A stretch of 62,510 nucleotides of DNA, filler included, from an uncultured Thermoplasmatales archaeon (GCA_964517155.1; 5 parts of 5 records of this genome joined end to end with filler, not necessarily neighbours in it), one strand, 5' to 3'; counted from the first letter of the whole stretch, positions 41,749-51,041 are shown. The notes: generated by a model not told the origin, from the letters alone. Numbers and translations are program-made.

Positions 41749-42804
41749 ATGGTTAAGAAAAAAGCACTTGTTTATGCAGATCGGCTTTTTAGTTGTGCAG
41801 ATGGAAAAACTGCACATGGCCTGGTACGTTTCAGCAACCGTTTTGACATATGTTGTGTTGTCGACTCTACACTTCCTAAGGGTGACGCAGGATATATTCT
41901 TGATGGCAAAAAACGCGGTATTTCTCTTTATAATAATCTAGATGATGCTTTGAAATCTACTGCTGTAGATACATTTATTGTTGGAGCAGTATCTGAAGGC
42001 GGAGTACTTCCAAAAGGCTATGATAAAGCATTAAAATGTGCTTTGGAAAACGGTTTAGATGTTGTATCTGGACTTCATCAATTTATTTCTGATAATCCTA
42101 GTTTTGTAAAACTTGCTAAGAAAAATAAATGCAGTATTACTGACGTTCGCAAAATTTTTCGTGATCATAAAAGGTTTTATACAGGCGATATAAAAAACGT
42201 GGATTCTTTTCGCATTGCAATAATTGGTACTGATTCAGCGATTGGCAAAAGAACAATTGCAGTAATTATCAATGAAGAGCTTAAATGTCGTGGTTATGTT
42301 TCTGATATGATTTATACCGGTCAAACTGGTTGGATGCAGGGTTGGCCACATGGCATTGTCTTAGATGCCATGATTAATGATTTTGTATCAGGTGGAATTG
42401 AAAGTGCGATAATTGATTCATGGAATGATTTAAAACCTGATTTTATGTTTATTGAAGGTCAAGGCAGCCTTGTTCATCCTTTTTTCCCAGGGGGTTTTGA
42501 GATTCTTGCAGCAGGACGTGTCGATGGTTTTATCCTTGTTGATGCACCTGGCAGGCCTTGTCTTGATGGTTTTCCCAATTTTCCAATGCCTGACCCTGGT
42601 AGAGTTGTAAAAATTGCCCAACTTTTGACAGAGAAACCTTTGCTGGGAATCGGCATTAACCGTGAAAAGCTTGATAAAAATGGTATCAAAAAGGCTAAAG
42701 ATAAGTTAAAAAAACGTTTTAATGTGCCTGTTGTCGAACCTTTGTCAGAAGGTGCCGGTGAAATTGTTGATGCTCTGGAGGAATTAAATGGAAAAAAAAG
42801 ATAA
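41749..42804 (+). CDS. DUF1611 protein (DgcN-like D-amino-acid N-acetyltransferase family)
   Basis: GKTAHGL, VSGLH, GTDSAIGKRT, TGQTG, EGQGSL. Confidence 0.88.
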   Translation: MVKKKALVYADRLFSCADGKTAHGLVRFSNRFDICCVVDSTLPKGDAGYILDGKKRGISLYNNLDDALKSTAVDTFIVGAVSEGGVLPKGYDKALKCALENGLDVVSGLHQFISDNPSFVKLAKKNKCSITDVRKIFRDHKRFYTGDIKNVDSFRIAIIGTDSAIGKRTIAVIINEELKCRGYVSDMIYTGQTGWMQGWPHGIVLDAMINDFVSGGIESAIIDSWNDLKPDFMFIEGQGSLVHPFFPGGFEILAAGRVDGFILVDAPGRPCLDGFPNFPMPDPGRVVKIAQLLTEKPLLGIGINREKLDKNGIKKAKDKLKKRFNVPVVEPLSEGAGEIVDALEELNGKKR

Positions 42805-44245
42805 TAATTTGATATGTTTTTCATCAATTGAACTTTCTGAACCTGAAATAAAAAACAAGAGTATAACTGCACGTGTTGTTCTAAACAAAATTGAAGGCGA
42901 AAAAGTTGAGTTTATATTAAATTTAAAATATGATAAAAATATAAAACCGGAATATTTGCCATTACTTCGCCTTGCTTTTTGTATGCCTCTTTTGAATTAT
43001 GGTCTTTTTACAAAAAAATTCAAATTAGATTTTCCTGTAAGTAAAGCAGATATCACTTTGCTAAAAGAGTTAAACAAGGTTTTTAGCAGAGATATATTTG
43101 TAAACAAAATTCTTCGCAGCAGAACTAATTATATTTTACCTGAGTTTTTACCAGATGAAAAAAATGTCAAAGCATCTGATGCTGAGCCTAAATCTGTTTT
43201 TGAATTTAAAGGATTAAAAGATGATAAATATGTAGCAGAAAAAATGAATAATAATAGCTGCGGGATATTATCAAGCGGTGGAAAGGAAAGCCTTCTTACA
43301 TATGGAATGTTAAAGGAAATAGGCTGCAATGTTTATCCTTTATATGTTAATGAAAGCGGAGGTCACTGGCGGACTGCTTTAACAGCATATAGATATCATA
43401 AAGAAAATGAATTTAACACAGGCAAAGTTTGGGCAAATGTTGATAGATTTTATGGTTTTATGCTTGATAATCTTCGTTTTATAAGAAAAGACCATAGAAC
43501 TCAGTGGGCTGACACATATCCTTTAAGATTGTCTATCTTTCCGTTTTATGTTTTTAGTTTGCTACCTGTTTTTGCTGATAAAAAAATTGGTAATTTATTA
43601 ATCGGCAGTGAGTTTGATGATCTTAGAATAAAACCTTTACAAAATGGAATAGAACATTACTTTGGCGTATACGATCAACATCAAGACTACGATCTAGTTA
43701 TGAACAAATGGTACGATAAAAGAATTCAAGGTTTATATCAGTGGTCTGCACTAAGAAACGTTTCAGGTTTAATTGTCGAACGTGTTTTAGTTAAAAGATA
43801 TCCAACACTTGCAAGTCTTCAGAGGTCTTGTCACTCTTGTCATTTTGAAGGCAAAGAACTTGTTCCCTGCGGAAAATGTTCAAAATGTATGGGGATTTTA
43901 TTGTTTCTTTTAGCAAATAAAGTAAATCCCGAGATTATGAACTTTAAAAAAGAACATATACTTTCTTTTTCTAAAAAAGTTAAACCTTCTAATTTAAGAC
44001 TCGACCAAGACGAAAAAGATCAATCATTTTATTTAATAGGCGAAAATGGAACTATCTCAAAAGTAAAACCAGTAGAACATGTTGAACAAATACATATAAA
44101 CAAAATTACTTGTGATATAGATTTAATACCAATTCATCTAAGAGATAAAATTTTGAAAATAATAGAAATTTACACAAAAGGTTACTGTGTCCTTGAAAAT
44201 GAAAAATGGGTAAAAACAAATCAAATAGAATTACTAAGTTGTTAG
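42788..44245 (+). CDS. PP-loop ATP-pyrophosphatase with C-terminal Zn site (QueC/MurL-like)
   Basis: SSGGKES PP-loop; SCHSC...PCGKCSKC; overlaps the DUF1611 gene. Function unassigned. Confidence 0.75.
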   Translation: MEKKDNNLICFSSIELSEPEIKNKSITARVVLNKIEGEKVEFILNLKYDKNIKPEYLPLLRLAFCMPLLNYGLFTKKFKLDFPVSKADITLLKELNKVFSRDIFVNKILRSRTNYILPEFLPDEKNVKASDAEPKSVFEFKGLKDDKYVAEKMNNNSCGILSSGGKESLLTYGMLKEIGCNVYPLYVNESGGHWRTALTAYRYHKENEFNTGKVWANVDRFYGFMLDNLRFIRKDHRTQWADTYPLRLSIFPFYVFSLLPVFADKKIGNLLIGSEFDDLRIKPLQNGIEHYFGVYDQHQDYDLVMNKWYDKRIQGLYQWSALRNVSGLIVERVLVKRYPTLASLQRSCHSCHFEGKELVPCGKCSKCMGILLFLLANKVNPEIMNFKKEHILSFSKKVKPSNLRLDQDEKDQSFYLIGENGTISKVKPVEHVEQIHINKITCDIDLIPIHLRDKILKIIEIYTKGYCVLENEKWVKTNQIELLSC

Positions 44246-44707
44246 TTCTTTTACCATTCGATATGCATCATGTGTTTTAAAATGTTCGAAATAATAATAA
44301 TCTTTTAAAATAGATGATATTCTGTAACCAGATTTTTGGTAAAGATTTATAGCAGAAGTATTGCCCATTGATACTTCTAAACGTATTTTCCTTATTCCTC
44401 TATGCCACATATCTTCTTCAGATGCAAAAAGAAGCTTTCTTGCTATTCCTTTGCCTCTATGTTGATTATCTACATTTATTGTTTCAATACCTGCAACACC
44501 TGTGCCTTTTTTGTATAAAACTATTATAAATCCTCTTAATTCATCTTCATATTGTTCAACCAGACAATTACTATTAGCACGTGTTATAAGATACTTAATC
44601 TGTTTTGGACTATACGCTATATTTTCCTCAAAACAAGACCTTTCTAACTCTATTATTCTTGGTAAATCTAACGTTGTAGCCTTGCGTATAACCCCAAAAT
44701 CAAGCAT
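44234..44707 (-). CDS. GNAT acetyltransferase (RimI-like)
   Basis: HRGKGIA, RLEV..GNTSAINLYQKSGY, DAYRM. Confidence 0.88.
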   Translation of the reverse strand: MLDFGVIRKATTLDLPRIIELERSCFEENIAYSPKQIKYLITRANSNCLVEQYEDELRGFIIVLYKKGTGVAGIETINVDNQHRGKGIARKLLFASEEDMWHRGIRKIRLEVSMGNTSAINLYQKSGYRISSILKDYYYFEHFKTHDAYRMVKELTT

Positions 44708-44880
44708 TAATTCCGGGAACCATGTCAGGTTCAAAAAGCTTTTGATTAAACTAAAATTATAGTTAAACTTGAATTTTTAACTAAATTTTTTCAAAAAGAA
44801 TATAAATACCTTATTGGCCTGATATTTATAGCAAAAAAATTGGATTTGATATTTAATTAAAAAATGGATGGTATTAGAAT

Positions 44881-45051
44881 ATGCCTGACGAAAAAGTAAA
44901 AGATAATCCCACAAAAAAATTACAGGATTTAATTAAAAAAAGAGAAACACATGTAATTGTTGTAAAACAAAATGAGCACAGACCCAACGCCAGAAGAAAC
45001 AACTCAGGCGGTTTTTCTGGAGATGGTTATTCCTCATCTTATGAAGAATAA
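44881..45051 (+). CDS. Unannotated 56-aa peptide MPDEKVKDNPTKKLQDLIKKRETHVIVVKQNEHRPNARRNNSGGFSGDGYSSSYEE
   Basis: Clean ATG-TAA ORF filling the gap between the GNAT and M14 genes; TATA-like elements upstream. Confidence 0.6.
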   Translation: MPDEKVKDNPTKKLQDLIKKRETHVIVVKQNEHRPNARRNNSGGFSGDGYSSSYEE

Positions 45052-45061
45052 ACTACATTTA

Positions 45062-46411
45062 TTATTTTTTATTTTTTAAAACATCAGCAATAATTAGTAT
45101 ACTTCCAAGTTGCATTTTTACAGAGTTTTTTATAGGCAGTTGATAAAATTTTCCTCGTTCTTGAACGCTTTTGCCAAGTGACTTTATCTCGATATCTAAA
45201 GATTCCATTAATTGACATATCTCTGGAACACCACCTTTTATACATATGCTTTCTGCAACACGCCAAATTTGACCCATGAAAAATAAATCAAATAAATCTG
45301 CTAAAACAACGTTTTCAAATATTTCTGCTTTAGTTACAATTTTTTCTTCTGTTTTTAAAAGAAGTTTTTTTTCATGATCAAGTGAATTCTGTGCATTTAC
45401 CACATGTTTTTCTGCAACATCTAAAAGTAGTGGATCTGCTAACTCTGTATGATTTCTTAAAATATTTAATAGTTTTATTGAATATTTAAGTCTACTTTTT
45501 TTCCTCAAATATCTTTCTTCATTTATTTTTTTATAATTTTTATTAGACGGTTTTTTATCTTGTAGTTTAGACGTAATATACATTGGTACTTCACAGTTGA
45601 AACTAAAACCGCCGACTTTCTTGTGATACCATTCATCGCTGCATGCTCCTCTTTTTATTGTTGTTAAAACCGATGGATCTTTATCTTTATAGTAATCCAA
45701 ATAATCTTTTAATCCATACATCTGATAAAATCCTGGTGAAAACATTTTTCCAAAGGGAACATCAGGTGCAGTATCAGATAGAGGCATCCTGCATATCTTT
45801 GCAAGAGTTGTAAGATCAGAATATACTTCAGACATGTCTTTACTTAAGTAATAATATGCATTATGAAAACCGCAATGATGAAGATTGCATAATAAATCTG
45901 GTTTTTCTTGTTCAAGTATTTTTTTCACAGCAAGGCTCTCAGGTCTTGATTTTGTCCAATGATATTGATCGTATTCAATAGGAAAAGTCCATTCATATTG
46001 ATCTTCCGTGGGTTCTCTGAAGTTTGATTTTGCAAGAGCAGCAAAAGAATCTGGCATGTTAAACCATCCTTCATTAAGTCTCATGCCTCTTTTTTCAAGT
46101 ATTGGTATGAAAAGCCAGCGCCATCCAAAATAGTTTTGCTCAGAGTGCATAGCAAGCCATCTTGCAAAAAATGTAACTACTAGACTTCCTAGTGGTTCAT
46201 CACTATGCGGTACACCGTTTATCAAAGCTGTTTTTTCACTGTTTCCAATTTCAAGCATTATTAGTGGTTCATCATTTATTGTATTGCCTATAACTCTGTG
46301 TTTTACTCCAGGAATTTGTGTTATTTGTTTTATTAGTTCATCTATTTCATCAACTTTTAAAAAACGACTGTACGCAGGTATATCCTTAAAGATTTCATTG
46401 TACTGCTTCAA
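45062..46411 (-). CDS. M14 zinc carboxypeptidase
   Basis: HSDE (HxxE), CNLHH, FNCEVP. Confidence 0.85.
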   Translation of the reverse strand: MKQYNEIFKDIPAYSRFLKVDEIDELIKQITQIPGVKHRVIGNTINDEPLIMLEIGNSEKTALINGVPHSDEPLGSLVVTFFARWLAMHSEQNYFGWRWLFIPILEKRGMRLNEGWFNMPDSFAALAKSNFREPTEDQYEWTFPIEYDQYHWTKSRPESLAVKKILEQEKPDLLCNLHHCGFHNAYYYLSKDMSEVYSDLTTLAKICRMPLSDTAPDVPFGKMFSPGFYQMYGLKDYLDYYKDKDPSVLTTIKRGACSDEWYHKKVGGFSFNCEVPMYITSKLQDKKPSNKNYKKINEERYLRKKSRLKYSIKLLNILRNHTELADPLLLDVAEKHVVNAQNSLDHEKKLLLKTEEKIVTKAEIFENVVLADLFDLFFMGQIWRVAESICIKGGVPEICQLMESLDIEIKSLGKSVQERGKFYQLPIKNSVKMQLGSILIIADVLKNKK

Positions 46412-47482
46412 TTATAAATCAACCTCTATTCCAAGTCCTGGTTCTTCACTTGGGATTACAAATCCCTCCTTATATGTTGCGCCACCTTTTACTATATCAT
46501 GTTGAAAATCAAGTGCAGAGTCAAGATCAGCATATCGAACATTTTTGAAAGCACATGCAAAATGTACTCCTGCAGCCATTGCAGCCATTGACTCATTCAT
46601 GCATCCTATCATTACAGGTATCTCTGCGATTTCAGCATAGATGTTTGCTTTGATAGTGTTTGTGATTCCACCAATTTTCATCAGTTTAATGTTTATCATA
46701 TCTGCAAGTTCCATTTTTACTGATCTGAAGCTATCTCTAAGAGTAAGAACTGTTTCATCAGCCATAATTGGAACAGGACATTGCGCTGTGACTTCTTTTA
46801 AAGAATAAAGAAACTTTGCAGGTGTCGGCTGCTCCATTAATTCTATATCTGCTCCAAGGTTTTCAAGGGTAAGTATCACATCTAATGTTTGTTCAACAGT
46901 GTATCCTTCATTTGCATCTAAACGTATTTTAATTTTTGGCCCTACTGCATCTCTTATAGCAAGTACTGCTTCTATATCATGATTTGAATCCATTCCACAT
47001 TTAACTTTTAAACATGTGAAACCCTGTGAGATAAATTCTTTTGCTTTTTTAACCATTAAATCTACAGGGTTTAAACCAATTGTAACAGATGTTTCTATTT
47101 TATCTTTGTAACCACCTAATAATCTATAGACTGGTGTTTCTGCTTTTTTACCAAGGATATCATATAAAGCAATGTTTACGCCTGCTTTCAGCGATTGATT
47201 ACCTTTTAGTTGTTCTTCAATTAAATCATTTAATAAATTTATTCGGGTAGGATCTTTGCCAGGTAAAAAATTTTTAAAAAAACTGTTAAAAGCATTCATC
47301 GCTGAATCCTCTGTTTCAGATGTAACACTATCTGGTGTTGCACAACCCCACCCGGTTATTCCTTTATCGGTCTCAATTCTTATAAAAACATTAATTCCTA
47401 CATCAACAGTCTCATTTGCGATAGCAAAAGGCTCTTTAAGTTTTAATTCAACAGGAACTGCCTTGACGTTAGTTATTCTCAT
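46412..47482 (-). CDS. Dipeptide (L-Ala-D/L-Glu) epimerase, enolase superfamily (DgcA-like)
   Basis: KVK, DANEG, EQP, ADE, NIKLMKIGG, GCMNE, DLD. Confidence 0.92.
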   Translation of the reverse strand: MRITNVKAVPVELKLKEPFAIANETVDVGINVFIRIETDKGITGWGCATPDSVTSETEDSAMNAFNSFFKNFLPGKDPTRINLLNDLIEEQLKGNQSLKAGVNIALYDILGKKAETPVYRLLGGYKDKIETSVTIGLNPVDLMVKKAKEFISQGFTCLKVKCGMDSNHDIEAVLAIRDAVGPKIKIRLDANEGYTVEQTLDVILTLENLGADIELMEQPTPAKFLYSLKEVTAQCPVPIMADETVLTLRDSFRSVKMELADMINIKLMKIGGITNTIKANIYAEIAEIPVMIGCMNESMAAMAAGVHFACAFKNVRYADLDSALDFQHDIVKGGATYKEGFVIPSEEPGLGIEVDL

Positions 47483-47529
47483 AGCTTAGATGTAACAAAA
47501 TACGGCTAATAATAATTGCTACAAATTAT

Positions 47530-47730
47530 CTAATACTCAGAATCAACAACTTCATCTTCAGGTTCAAACGAAGGCGTTTCTATTTTATAATCATTATATC
47601 CTTCTTTATGAGATTCTTTTGACATCTTCTTTATTACTTTACCACAGACTTTGCATTTACCCTCTTCATCGTATTCTCGCCACTCCATGCATTTAGAACA
47701 GAACTCATCGCTTCCAACTTTTACAGCCAT
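47530..47730 (-). CDS. Small zinc-finger protein with acidic tail
   Basis: CSKC...CKVC; C-terminus EPEDEVVDSEY. Confidence 0.7.
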   Translation of the reverse strand: MAVKVGSDEFCSKCMEWREYDEEGKCKVCGKVIKKMSKESHKEGYNDYKIETPSFEPEDEVVDSEY

Positions 47731-47785
47731 AATACATCAAATTTCCTGTAATAGCATGTATCATAAATCCTGGTTATATTTTTTT

Positions 47786-48199
47786 TTATAAATTACTGTT
47801 TTTTCTGTTAGTATAAAAAACAGTTTTACTTTTAGTTTCATCTAGAATTTTATTAAATTTATCTTTAATATTTTTAATTTCTTTTTCAGACAGGTAATTA
47901 TTTGTTTTTTTAAAATGACATGGCAAATCAGATGTAACTGCTTGAAGTCGGCAAACAATTGGACGTACCGGATAAATGGCACATCTATCATTTTTTAAAA
48001 AAGAACATTTATTAGTTTTATTTAAAAATGAGTTTTTATCCAAATTATTTTTTTTCAAATAGTCTTTTATAATAATTTCTTCTGGTTCAAACCAAACTAT
48101 AGGACTGCAGCATTTATGACAATGATTACAACTATATTCAGGAATCAAAGAATAAATTTCTTCTAGTTTCTGTCTGATTATATCTATATTCAAAAACAA
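47786..48199 (-). CDS. YkgJ/FliB-like CxxCxxCC metal-binding protein
   Basis: CNHCHKCC, CSFL, CAIYPVRPIVCR. Confidence 0.88.
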   Translation of the reverse strand: MFLNIDIIRQKLEEIYSLIPEYSCNHCHKCCSPIVWFEPEEIIIKDYLKKNNLDKNSFLNKTNKCSFLKNDRCAIYPVRPIVCRLQAVTSDLPCHFKKTNNYLSEKEIKNIKDKFNKILDETKSKTVFYTNRKNSNL

Positions 48200-48415
48200 C
48201 CTCTTTTGAACTGAAAGTTAAACAAATTTTTTAATTTCGACACCCAAAGATTCTAAACCTAAAATAACTTTTTCTGTTATTTCATATATTTTTTCAATCA
48301 ACTTTAATTTTATCTACTTTTGTACATCTACGTTCATGAACTTAAAATATATGCATTTCCTGGGATTTGTTAGTTATAAAATTTTTTTTACAGCATCTAT
48401 ATTTAGGTATAATTT

Positions 48416-48616
48416 TTACGACCATTTTCTTTTCATGTTCATTCTTTCAGTATCTTCGTCTTTTCTATCAATATCTACCTTTGTTTTTTGTAAGTACTCC
48501 TCTAAGCACAATTTACAAATAGCAACAATTTCAAATCCATTTTCACCTTTCGTATAATGAATGGTTATGTCCTCTGCCTGAAAAACTTTACCACATTTAT
48601 TACATATATATTTCAT
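48416..48616 (-). CDS. Small zinc-finger protein
   Basis: CNKC...CKLC; SD GAGGT. Confidence 0.65.
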   Translation of the reverse strand: MKYICNKCGKVFQAEDITIHYTKGENGFEIVAICKLCLEEYLQKTKVDIDRKDEDTERMNMKRKWS

Positions 48617-48621
48617 TTATT

Positions 48622-48780
48622 TTACCTCATTTTATCTCTTAGTTTATTATTTTTTATGTAAAAGTTTGTCATATATATAATCTGTCGACTATATGGTCTT
48701 TCTTCTTCTTTCGCGAGTTTTTTGATGAGCGCGTTTTCTTCTTTTGTTAAAGAAATGTTCATTCTCATTCTTTTTTCCAT
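48622..48780 (-). CDS. Ribbon-helix-helix (CopG-like) protein
   Basis: MEKRMRMNISLTKEENALIKKLAKEEERPYSRQI pattern. Confidence 0.7.
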   Translation of the reverse strand: MEKRMRMNISLTKEENALIKKLAKEEERPYSRQIIYMTNFYIKNNKLRDKMR

Positions 48781-48898
48781 GATTTTACACAAATATGTAA
48801 TAAATTTACACATTTATATGCCTTTGTACACAATGATATATACCACTTACTGCATACTAGTAACATCCGACAAATTTCGGAAAGGACAGGTGAGATCA

Positions 48899-48988
48899 AT
48901 GAAGAGCAATGAACAAGTAAAACGACTGTTGGAATCACATATAATAAACAGTGGAATCAAAAATTTACTTCCGGAGCCTATGACTTAA
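48899..48988 (+). CDS. Putative 29-aa micro-ORF (MKSNEQVKRLLESHIINSGIKNLLPEPMT)
   Basis: SD AGGTGA from repeat copy 1. Confidence 0.35.
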   Translation: MKSNEQVKRLLESHIINSGIKNLLPEPMT

Positions 48989-49077
48989 CGTTAACTCTGA
49001 AAGATAAGGAAGTGAGATAAACGAAATATCAAAGGCGATTATATCGCCCAAATCTCTTATTTAGGAGGATAAATAAT

Positions 49078-49353
49078 ATGACAAATTGTGAAGAATGTAA
49101 AAATAAATTAGGTATTCTAGAAGGATATTATCATCCTGCATTAGGAAAAAGATTTTTAGTATGCGGGAAATGTTTTGTAAAAGTAGACGAAAGTATGCAA
49201 AGATGGAGCAGGTTTTGTCTTTCAGATTCATTCGACGCAGAATCATCCAAGATTGAAATCGAAGATGCGTGGAATAACAGTATATCAAATAATCTTCCTT
49301 TGCAAAAATGGTTTAGGAATCTTTGGATTAAAATAGGATGTCCGGGCGCATAG
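49078..49353 (+). CDS. Small zinc-finger protein
   Basis: SD AGGAGG; CEEC...CGKC. Confidence 0.7.
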   Translation: MTNCEECKNKLGILEGYYHPALGKRFLVCGKCFVKVDESMQRWSRFCLSDSFDAESSKIEIEDAWNNSISNNLPLQKWFRNLWIKIGCPGA

Positions 49354-49390
49354 AATAAGATATAAAACCGGGAAATGACAGGTGAAATCA

Positions 49391-49522
49391 ATGAAGATAA
49401 AAAGAGAATTTACAGTCTTTGAAAACGATATGGACTATAAGAAACGAAAACGACTTCAATCGCTGAATGCAGATGAATGGAGAACATTTTTTACAGATCG
49501 GAAGGAAAAGTTTCGCATTTAA
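49391..49522 (+). CDS. Putative 43-aa micro-ORF (MKIKREFTVFENDMDYKKRKRLQSLNADEWRTFFTDRKEKFRI)
   Basis: SD AGGTGA from repeat copy 2. Confidence 0.45.
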   Translation: MKIKREFTVFENDMDYKKRKRLQSLNADEWRTFFTDRKEKFRI

Positions 49523-49678
49523 ATTTGAAAACTAAGAAAGTAAGGACGATTACATCGTCTAAATCTCTTTTTTAGAAGGAAAAATAAGAAATTAGAAGAC
49601 CTATATTTTAATAATTGTGAAATTTCAAGGGAAATTTGTGAGAAGTTGAATAAGGGCCCCAATGGAGTAATGATAGAT

Positions 49679-50881
49679 ATGAAAATAGCAATGATTGGCT
49701 GGGAATACCCGCCGTTTAAATCCGGTGGTCTTGCCACGCATTGCTACGGCCTTACCAGAAGTTTAGCGGATAAAAACGTTAAAATATATTTTTTTATGCC
49801 TAAAACAAAACATAAAGCAAATAGTGACCAACCAAATCTTGTGATAAAAGAAGTTGGGGAAACAGAAATTTTTCCATATGACCGGCCAGAAGATAAAGCA
49901 TTAGCTGGTAATTTTTTTGAAGCAGTTCACAGATATAATCAACTTGTTGTTGCAAAAGTTAAAGCTGTTGCAAAAGCTGAAGGTAAATTTGATTTTATTC
50001 ATGCTCATGATTGGCTAACAATGGAAGCAGCTACGATTCTAAAAGAAGAAATGGGTATACCTATGGTTCTTACGGTTCATTCTACGGAGTATGATAGAAG
50101 TGGTTGGCTTAATCCAAATCAATGGTTTATTGATATAGAAAAAAAAGGTATGGAAAACGCAGATAGAATTATTGCTGTAAGTCATTTAACTAAACGTGTG
50201 ATTGTTGAAAAATATGGTATTAATCCTGATATAATTAGTGTTATACATAACGCTGTTTATCCTATTGCTGAAGGTAAAAAACAAGAAATCGTTTTGTTTT
50301 TAGGTCGTCTAACAATTCAAAAAGGAGCTGAGTTTTTCTTAAAAGCTGCCCGAAAGGTGTTAGATTATGAACCTGATGTTATTTTTGTTGTTGCAGGTGA
50401 AGGTGATATGCTACCACGTTTGATCGATCAGGCTGTAGACTTAGGTATTTCAAACCGAGTTATTTTCACAGGGCGTTTAACTGAGGATGAAGTTAAGTAT
50501 ATTTATGGAATTTCTAGTGTATATATTATGCCTTCTGTTAGCGAACCATTTGGGATAACTGCTCTTGAAGCTATTTCTGCTGGTGCTGCAACTATTGCCT
50601 CTAAAACCGCTGGTGTATGCGAGACTTTTGATAACTGTATAAAGGTTGATTTCTGGGATACTGACGAGATAGCAAGCAAGATTATACCATTGTTAAGATA
50701 TGAATCTTTAAGAAAAACATTATCTGAAAACGGTAAACAGGAAAGCGAACTTTTTACGTGGGATAACGTTGCAGGAAAAACAATAGATGTTTACAATGGT
50801 ATCGATGTTGAACTATTAAAAAAACAGCTTAAAGAGAGAGAAAAGATATACGAATGGAATACAAAACACTTAAAACCATAA
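49679..50881 (+). CDS. Glycosyltransferase family 4 (GT-B)
   Basis: WEYPP..SGGL, HAHDW, HSTE, EPFGITALEA. Confidence 0.92.
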   Translation: MKIAMIGWEYPPFKSGGLATHCYGLTRSLADKNVKIYFFMPKTKHKANSDQPNLVIKEVGETEIFPYDRPEDKALAGNFFEAVHRYNQLVVAKVKAVAKAEGKFDFIHAHDWLTMEAATILKEEMGIPMVLTVHSTEYDRSGWLNPNQWFIDIEKKGMENADRIIAVSHLTKRVIVEKYGINPDIISVIHNAVYPIAEGKKQEIVLFLGRLTIQKGAEFFLKAARKVLDYEPDVIFVVAGEGDMLPRLIDQAVDLGISNRVIFTGRLTEDEVKYIYGISSVYIMPSVSEPFGITALEAISAGAATIASKTAGVCETFDNCIKVDFWDTDEIASKIIPLLRYESLRKTLSENGKQESELFTWDNVAGKTIDVYNGIDVELLKKQLKEREKIYEWNTKHLKP

Positions 50882-50941
50882 AAATAAGAGTTAATGCAGA
50901 AATGAAATTAGTCTGCTTTTTCTCATTTTAATTAACCTAAC

Positions 50942-51041
50942 NNNNNNNNNNNNNNNNNNNNNNNNNNNNNNNNNNNNNNNNNNNNTTAATTAATTAANNN
51001 NNNNNNNNNNNNNNNNNNNNNNNNNNNNNNNNNNNNNNNNN
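50942..51041. other. Artificial contig linker
   Basis: N-run + TTAATTAATTAA + N-run. Confidence 0.97.

Larger units (their letters stand above)
48879..49397 (+). repeat. 27-bp imperfect direct repeat pair (48879-48905 and 49371-49397)
   Basis: GGAAAGGACAGGTGAGATCAATGAAGA vs GGAAATGACAGGTGAAATCAATGAAGA; 25/27 identical; each contains SD AGGTGA + ATG. Confidence 0.85.

Noticed and set aside
44881..45051. Lasso peptide interpretation (SGGFSGD ring)
   Set aside because: No Thr at -2, no B1/B2 proteins nearby, and the PP-loop enzyme looks QueC/MurL-like rather than asparagine-synthetase-like.
48218..48337. Pyrrolysine/readthrough at the in-frame TAG (48314-48316) of a 39-codon minus-strand ORF
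   Set aside because: No recognisable family and no pyl genes in view; more likely a decayed fragment or chance.
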